Shown: positions 59,333-64,000 of the stretch, piece after piece
Position numbering within the stretch: position 1 is the stretch's first letter
Layout of the letters: the number at the start of each line of letters is the position of its first letter
Source: a virus
IMG/VR virus record: IMGVR_UViG_3300029258_005088
Direction: 5' to 3' (one strand)
DNA length: 64,000 bases
The notes under the pieces: generated by a model
The model's database searches: none
Told to the model about the DNA's origin: nothing
What the model saw: only the letters and a program-made list of their open reading frames with translations
Translations under genes and position numbers: made by a program

Positions 59333-59574
59333 GGGAGCTTCTCCAGTCTGTGGATAAGGTCTGTGAGTTCGAGGATCTCCCGGTCGACGAACAGGCTGCG
59401 GTCCGTATCGTCTATATCCTCAGACTTCCTTTCCTTCTCCGCTTCGTAAGCCGCCAGCAGCGACTTCAAAGCGGTGATGATCCTGGGCTTGTCCTCTGGG
59501 TATACCGGATAGATCGCATTTTTCATCGGACGGTTCAAAGACCTGTTCCTCTTTCCTCGCATCTTCTCACCCAT
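59329..59574 (-). CDS. Hypothetical protein
   Basis: C-terminal part of ORF 59329-59646; start uncertain. Confidence 0.6.
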   Translation of the reverse strand: MGEKMRGKRNRSLNRPMKNAIYPVYPEDKPRIITALKSLLAAYEAEKERKSEDIDDTDRSLFVDREILELTDLIHRLEKLP

Positions 59575-59947
59575 CGATCCACGCTCCCAGATAGGCATAC
59601 CCATACGAAGCGTTCGGGGATCCGATGATAGCGAACTTGCCCTCACGGAGAAGGATGTAGTCCGAGGTCTTCGTCCTGAAGTTGTGTTGCATGAACGCGG
59701 CCCGGAGAAGCTCCAGCCCGGTCTCGTTCAGCCACTTGACCAGTTCCTTGCGCTTGTCCTCCGGACCCGTGCAGCTCTGCCGGTTGTACAGGATGTCGAA
59801 CGGGTATCCGCTGTTCTGCCAGATCGCCCTGGCAGACCACGCGGTGTCCGCTTTCTTGTCGACGAAGCCATATCCCTTATGCTCGAGGAACCCGAGCGAG
59901 TCTCTGTCCTCACGCTTGATCAGCGTGATCTCCAGTTCTTCTACCAT
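59567..59947 (-). CDS. Hypothetical protein
   Basis: 126-aa coupled ORF. Confidence 0.7.
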   Translation of the reverse strand: MVEELEITLIKREDRDSLGFLEHKGYGFVDKKADTAWSARAIWQNSGYPFDILYNRQSCTGPEDKRKELVKWLNETGLELLRAAFMQHNFRTKTSDYILLREGKFAIIGSPNASYGYAYLGAWIDG

Positions 59948-59948
59948 G

Positions 59949-60251
59949 TTACGTGACCTTTAGTTTTAGACATTCTCTTACCATATCGACACAGCCCTCG
60001 CACCAGAGTTCTCCGCACAGCTCTATGGAATCATCGATGTCGAAGATCCTGTCGCAGTGCACGCACTCGAATTCGTCGTCGGAGCCGGCTCGCTTCTCGA
60101 ACTGCAGAGGATCGGTACCGAACAACGCCGGATTACCCTCCTGCTTCGCGAGAGCGAGGTTGGCGGCCTGTAATACCGCCTTCGCTTCTTCCAGATCTCC
60201 TTTGCCGGTTACGTCGACGTGGAGCTCCAGGTTTCTGATCTCAAGAATCAT
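59949..60251 (-). CDS. Hypothetical protein with Zn finger
   Basis: ECVHCD...WCEGC. Confidence 0.7.
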   Translation of the reverse strand: MILEIRNLELHVDVTGKGDLEEAKAVLQAANLALAKQEGNPALFGTDPLQFEKRAGSDDEFECVHCDRIFDIDDSIELCGELWCEGCVDMVRECLKLKVT

Positions 60252-61050
60252 CTTCTTCCTCCATGGGGAATACGAGGAAGCCGCACTCGGCGCATTCGCC
60301 TGCAGGCACTGTTCCTCCGGGCTCTATCCTCTCGGTCAGATCCGGGATGTTCGGAAACACTCTCTCGAGGTCGTCCTCGTGGAACCGAGCACCGCAGTTG
60401 TGGCACTCCAGATCCTTTTCCTTAGGCATGCGATAGAGCATCTGCTCCTTCAGCGTGTCGCCCAGGAACGGGAACTCCTCGATGGCCTGCTTCATGGTGT
60501 ATGTACCATGGCCCTTTCCGTTCTGGTGATAGATGTTCTCCAGATCGGTATGCTCCAGATACGTCTCCATCAGGCCGGAGATCATGTTCATCTGGTCCTC
60601 CGACATGACACAGGCGCGAGGAATCTTCGACAACTCCTCTTTGGAAGGGAGGCCTTCACGTACCTGATCGCTTTTGGCAACCTCTTCGAAGTACTCCCTG
60701 TCTACGTCGAAAGAATCTTCGACGTAGGTACCCGGCACAGGCAGGTCTCCGTTCACCGCCTGCTCCAAGGCGTCTTTCCAGCTACTGGCCTCGCACTCGA
60801 AGAAGCCGCACATCCGCCAAATGCAGGGAACTCTGTAGGTCTCCTTCTTGCTCGTTGATTCGGGCTCGCTCACCGGTATGGTCTCCGGAAGGATCGGTAC
60901 TTCCAGATGCCTGACCTCGGTGGACTCGAAGGTCTCTTCCAGAAACCTCCTGATCCTCTCCGTGGCCTCGGCGTCCGAACCATCCTCGTAAATCACCGCG
61001 TCAAGCATGAGCTGGTCGTTCTCGTCTCTCACTCTTATTCTAAGATCCAT
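60241..61050 (-). CDS. Composite acidic hypothetical protein with C-terminal Zn ribbon
   Basis: 269 aa; ECHNCG...ECAECG. Confidence 0.7.
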   Translation of the reverse strand: MDLRIRVRDENDQLMLDAVIYEDGSDAEATERIRRFLEETFESTEVRHLEVPILPETIPVSEPESTSKKETYRVPCIWRMCGFFECEASSWKDALEQAVNGDLPVPGTYVEDSFDVDREYFEEVAKSDQVREGLPSKEELSKIPRACVMSEDQMNMISGLMETYLEHTDLENIYHQNGKGHGTYTMKQAIEEFPFLGDTLKEQMLYRMPKEKDLECHNCGARFHEDDLERVFPNIPDLTERIEPGGTVPAGECAECGFLVFPMEEEDDS

Positions 61051-61062
61051 AAGATCCTCCTA

Positions 61063-61323
61063 TCATTCGCTATCTCCTCTGAACATCGTTCCGAAGATAC
61101 GCTCTCCGTACTTGGCCTGAAGTATCTCGTTTTCGGGGATGGTCTTGAGGTAGTCGTACAGGGGCTTCCACCGTTTGGCCTGCTCCTCCGTGAGTATGTT
61201 GAAGGTTAGCTCTTCGCCGCTCTCCACGTGGACGTAGGTCAGATGCCTGCCCCAGGAAAGCCCCTTGGTCTTTATCTTGAATCCAAGGGGCTTGATCTTC
61301 TCTCGCAGCTCCTTAAGAAACAT
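61063..61323 (-). CDS. Hypothetical protein
   Basis: 86-aa coupled ORF. Confidence 0.65.
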   Translation of the reverse strand: MFLKELREKIKPLGFKIKTKGLSWGRHLTYVHVESGEELTFNILTEEQAKRWKPLYDYLKTIPENEILQAKYGERIFGTMFRGDSE

Positions 61324-61534
61324 TGTCGGCGCCTTCCACCTTCACTTCGACTAGGTCCTCGATATCTCCCACGGTCTCCCTGAAGTCAAATTCCCGGAGA
61401 TCATCCACGATGGCTTCCTTGATCGCTTCTTCGGACATCTCTCCGAACTCGTCTTCCATGTTCGTTATGAGCTCGGTGAAGTCATACGAGAAGGTGACTT
61501 TCGCAGTTACCTTTCTGCTTTCCTTATGCGGCAT
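61313..61534 (-). CDS. Acidic hypothetical protein (73 aa)
   Basis: Start MPHKESRK. Confidence 0.6.
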   Translation of the reverse strand: MPHKESRKVTAKVTFSYDFTELITNMEDEFGEMSEEAIKEAIVDDLREFDFRETVGDIEDLVEVKVEGADNVS

Positions 61535-62012
61535 CGATGACGTTCTCCAGCTTCTGTAGAGCGTGTTCGTAGCCTTCGCGTACGCACTTCTCCAGCTCGG
61601 GTTCTTCGAGATAGCTCTTGAACGCACAGATCCTGTCCCGGATCCTCGACTTCACGGTCTCCGCCAGGTCCATGACCTGGTCGATGGCGAGGTCGAAGTT
61701 CTGGCAGATGCAGTCGTCCTCGTCGTTCTCTTCCTGTCGGCAGTCCTTGAGGTCTACGAGTTTTTCTCGGATCTCTTCCAGCTCCTTCAGGATCTCGACG
61801 TCTCCGGTGACCGGACCCTGCTTTCCGGACTTGCGAGCGTTGGCGTAGGCCACGCACTTGTCGAGCTCGTCCTGCGTGAACACCTCTCCGTTCTCGTCCT
61901 CATGAATGCGTCCGCACTCACAGGCCCAGTAGTCTTTCTCCCCGTTCAGAGGAATGAGTTCCAAAGCTGATTCCTCCTTGCATTCCGGGCAGTATGCTGT
62001 CGGTTTAGTCAT
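61524..62012 (-). CDS. Zn-ribbon plus coiled-coil hypothetical protein
   Basis: Start MTKPTAYCPECKEE (TAATG overlap); WACECG. Confidence 0.7.
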   Translation of the reverse strand: MTKPTAYCPECKEESALELIPLNGEKDYWACECGRIHEDENGEVFTQDELDKCVAYANARKSGKQGPVTGDVEILKELEEIREKLVDLKDCRQEENDEDDCICQNFDLAIDQVMDLAETVKSRIRDRICAFKSYLEEPELEKCVREGYEHALQKLENVIDAA

Positions 62013-62824
62013 TATAGATCCTCCATGTAGTTGTCTTTCCATACTTCTACGGCCATGTCGATCAGCTCGTGTACCTCGTTGATCTCCATGTCCAGTTGCC
62101 CGGACAGCTTGTTTACCATCTCGGGCTTCAACCCTCCGACCGACTGAATCCCCGACAACAGCCGGGAGAGATTCATCTCGGGGGAGAGCCCGTCCTTGGG
62201 AGGATAGCGTAAATGCACCTTCTGCAGGCGCTCCTCGCGCTCTCTCCACTCCTCGTCGTCGTCGTCCTGCCAGCCTGCGCAATGGTCGAGAGCCAGGCGC
62301 TGTGCCTCGATCAACGACTCTATGGCATCGGTCTCGTCCATGTCCTTCTCGACGAACACCGATATGCCTATGCGCTTGTAGTAGGTCTCCTCGACCTCGA
62401 CGGGGGACTTGCCCATGGGATCCTCGAGATCGTCGAAGATATCCGGGGTGACGATCAGTAGGTAGAAGTGCTCCACGTCCAAGGAGGAGGTGGAGCGCCT
62501 GTCCCACGTCAATACGCCGTACTCCTTCCCGTCGTACACCCGAATACCGGTATGCATACCTGGGAACTCCTTGAGTATCGGCTGGGCTATTCCGATCTGC
62601 TCTTCGGTGAGATCCCCGTTCCTGGTGGCATCCGGCTCGTCGGGCATGAAGATGAAGCGAGGGAAGATGCGATAGACGTCTTCCCCTTGCTCCACCTGAC
62701 AGACGATGGTCACGGAAACGCCTCTGTACCCTCCGGAGAGCGCCACCAGGTTGGGGAACTCGTCCAGTATATGCTTCAGCGCACGCTTGTGCTCTTCGGG
62801 CACTGCTCCGTACTTATAGTCCAT
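62012..62824 (-). CDS. Hypothetical protein
   Basis: 270-aa coupled ORF. Confidence 0.7.
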   Translation of the reverse strand: MDYKYGAVPEEHKRALKHILDEFPNLVALSGGYRGVSVTIVCQVEQGEDVYRIFPRFIFMPDEPDATRNGDLTEEQIGIAQPILKEFPGMHTGIRVYDGKEYGVLTWDRRSTSSLDVEHFYLLIVTPDIFDDLEDPMGKSPVEVEETYYKRIGISVFVEKDMDETDAIESLIEAQRLALDHCAGWQDDDDEEWREREERLQKVHLRYPPKDGLSPEMNLSRLLSGIQSVGGLKPEMVNKLSGQLDMEINEVHELIDMAVEVWKDNYMEDL

Positions 62825-63657
62825 TACTCATCCTCCAGGCCCAGTCGGGCCTTGTCGCTATCGGTCATGTCCCAGTCGTCCTGGTCCAGATCGTTGTGTG
62901 TTTGATAGGCCGAATCGATGTTGAACACCAAGTCAGCCACTGTCTTGGGCAGGTCGATGCCTCTCTTCAGCGCATAGCCGTCCAGCGCCTCGGAGATAAG
63001 CTTGAGATAAGCCGGATGTCCTTCCACGGACATGCTCTTCTCGAACACCCTGATGTGGTCGTCGTCGACGTTCTTCATGTTCTTCTCCTCCGGCGGTACG
63101 TTGACGTTGCCGGAGAGGTGCTTGAAGAACTCCTCGATCGCGAACAGATCGGATCCTCCGAAGGACCATGCCTTGTAGCTGTCGTCCAGGAGGATGCGGT
63201 CGTCCTTCTTCACGATGAAATAGGTCTTGTCCTCGTGAGTGGGCTCTACCACGATGTTGGTGAAGTCCACTTCGATGCCCATGACCTTGAAGACCCCTAG
63301 CAATGCATAGGAGAACTTCCTGATGATGGACTGATCCAGTTCGGTCGTGTCCCAGACGGCGTCGTTGACACATCCGTGCCCGGACTGGTAAGCGGCAAGG
63401 ACCAGACCCAGATGGCCTTCGTACTCGTCCGGATCTATGTAGGTTCTCTCGAGAATTACCTTCTGCACCGCTTCGCAGAACGGGAAGTGAACTTCCTCGA
63501 TCTCTATGCAGGTGCCTGCCAGATCCTCTTCGGTCATCTCCAGCAGCTCCAAAGCATCCGATCTGTGGGCGAACAGACGTATGTTACGGTCATCGTCCAA
63601 TACGTACTCGTTGCCATTCAGGGGGATGTTGTTTATGGGTCGCGCTATTCTGTACAT
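62824..63657 (-). CDS. Composite hypothetical protein
   Basis: 277-aa coupled ORF. Confidence 0.7.
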   Translation of the reverse strand: MYRIARPINNIPLNGNEYVLDDDRNIRLFAHRSDALELLEMTEEDLAGTCIEIEEVHFPFCEAVQKVILERTYIDPDEYEGHLGLVLAAYQSGHGCVNDAVWDTTELDQSIIRKFSYALLGVFKVMGIEVDFTNIVVEPTHEDKTYFIVKKDDRILLDDSYKAWSFGGSDLFAIEEFFKHLSGNVNVPPEEKNMKNVDDDHIRVFEKSMSVEGHPAYLKLISEALDGYALKRGIDLPKTVADLVFNIDSAYQTHNDLDQDDWDMTDSDKARLGLEDE

Positions 63658-63876
63658 CTATCCTCCTATGACAAGGATTTTGCTCAGACCCTTCTCGATG
63701 CGGGCCTCCAGTTCGTCTCTGTACCGCTCGGGGAACGGCATTGCGTCCACGGGCATCTCTACCTCCACCAGCATGTCTCCGCTATCGGAGGTCAGCGAAG
63801 GTCCCGCATATTCCAAGACCTTGTCCCTCTCGGCACAGGACATGTCCACGATGATGACGATTTCCTCATTGATCAT
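63658..63876 (-). CDS. Hypothetical protein
   Basis: 72-aa ORF with GAGGAG RBS. Confidence 0.65.
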   Translation of the reverse strand: MINEEIVIIVDMSCAERDKVLEYAGPSLTSDSGDMLVEVEMPVDAMPFPERYRDELEARIEKGLSKILVIGG

Positions 63877-64000
63877 CGTCCAACTCCTCTATGATCTTGA
63901 ACAGGTCATGGTTCGTACCTCTGACCGATTCGGTTACCTCCATCCTGTGCTCGTCGGCCAGTGCCTCAAGGGCCGGGAGACAGGCTTGATATATCTCTTC
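63873..64000 (-). CDS. Partial CDS entering from the right edge (...EEIYQACLPALEALADEHRMEVTESVRGTNHDLFKIIEELDD)
   Basis: Manual translation; its stop overlaps the next ATG. Confidence 0.6.

Noticed and set aside
8-63894. Long plus-strand ORFs in the track (e.g. 13749-15038, 15756-17186, 17403-19001, 41460-43019, 43717-45552)
   Set aside because: They are antisense shadows of minus-strand genes in GC-rich DNA, with no recognisable motifs or RBS.
1-64000. Stop-codon reassignment
   Set aside because: Genes end at TAA, TAG and TGA with tight coupling to the next start, and long genes are uninterrupted under the standard code.

Overview
This 64-kb window looks like a fragment of a large tailed-phage (jumbo-type) genome; the host cannot be determined from the sequence. 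Essentially all credible genes are on the minus strand and tightly packed, with many ATGA/GTGA overlaps and AAGGAG/AGGAG ribosome-binding sites. TAA, TAG and TGA are all used as stops. In transcription order (right to left): (i) 64-57 kb, small hypothetical early/middle genes. (ii) 56.9-52.5 kb, a gene array in which seven consecutive genes are each preceded by a copy of a ~100-nt covarying RNA structure. It resembles a twister-sister self-cleaving ribozyme with an added hairpin whose loop is an anti-Shine-Dalgarno sequence; this is the most striking feature. (iii) 52.4-49 kb, virion-type proteins plus a TM-GAF/receiver pair. (iv) 48.9-45.5 kb, a sigma70-like promoter followed by zinc-finger microproteins. 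(v) 45.5-28.4 kb, a large glycosyltransferase/methyltransferase island with a papain-like peptidase, an HD hydrolase and a degenerate cysteine desulfurase. (vi) 27 kb to the left end, a probable portal gene, membrane-anchored and polyvalent (multi-enzyme) proteins, and a bacterial-type multisubunit RNA polymerase encoded as a beta::beta'(N) fusion plus a separate beta'(C) gene. The region (vi) proteins share a YxxGYxxKxA motif and KxA linkers that may be packaging or proteolytic processing signals. All assignments come from motif recognition by eye; no database search was run.
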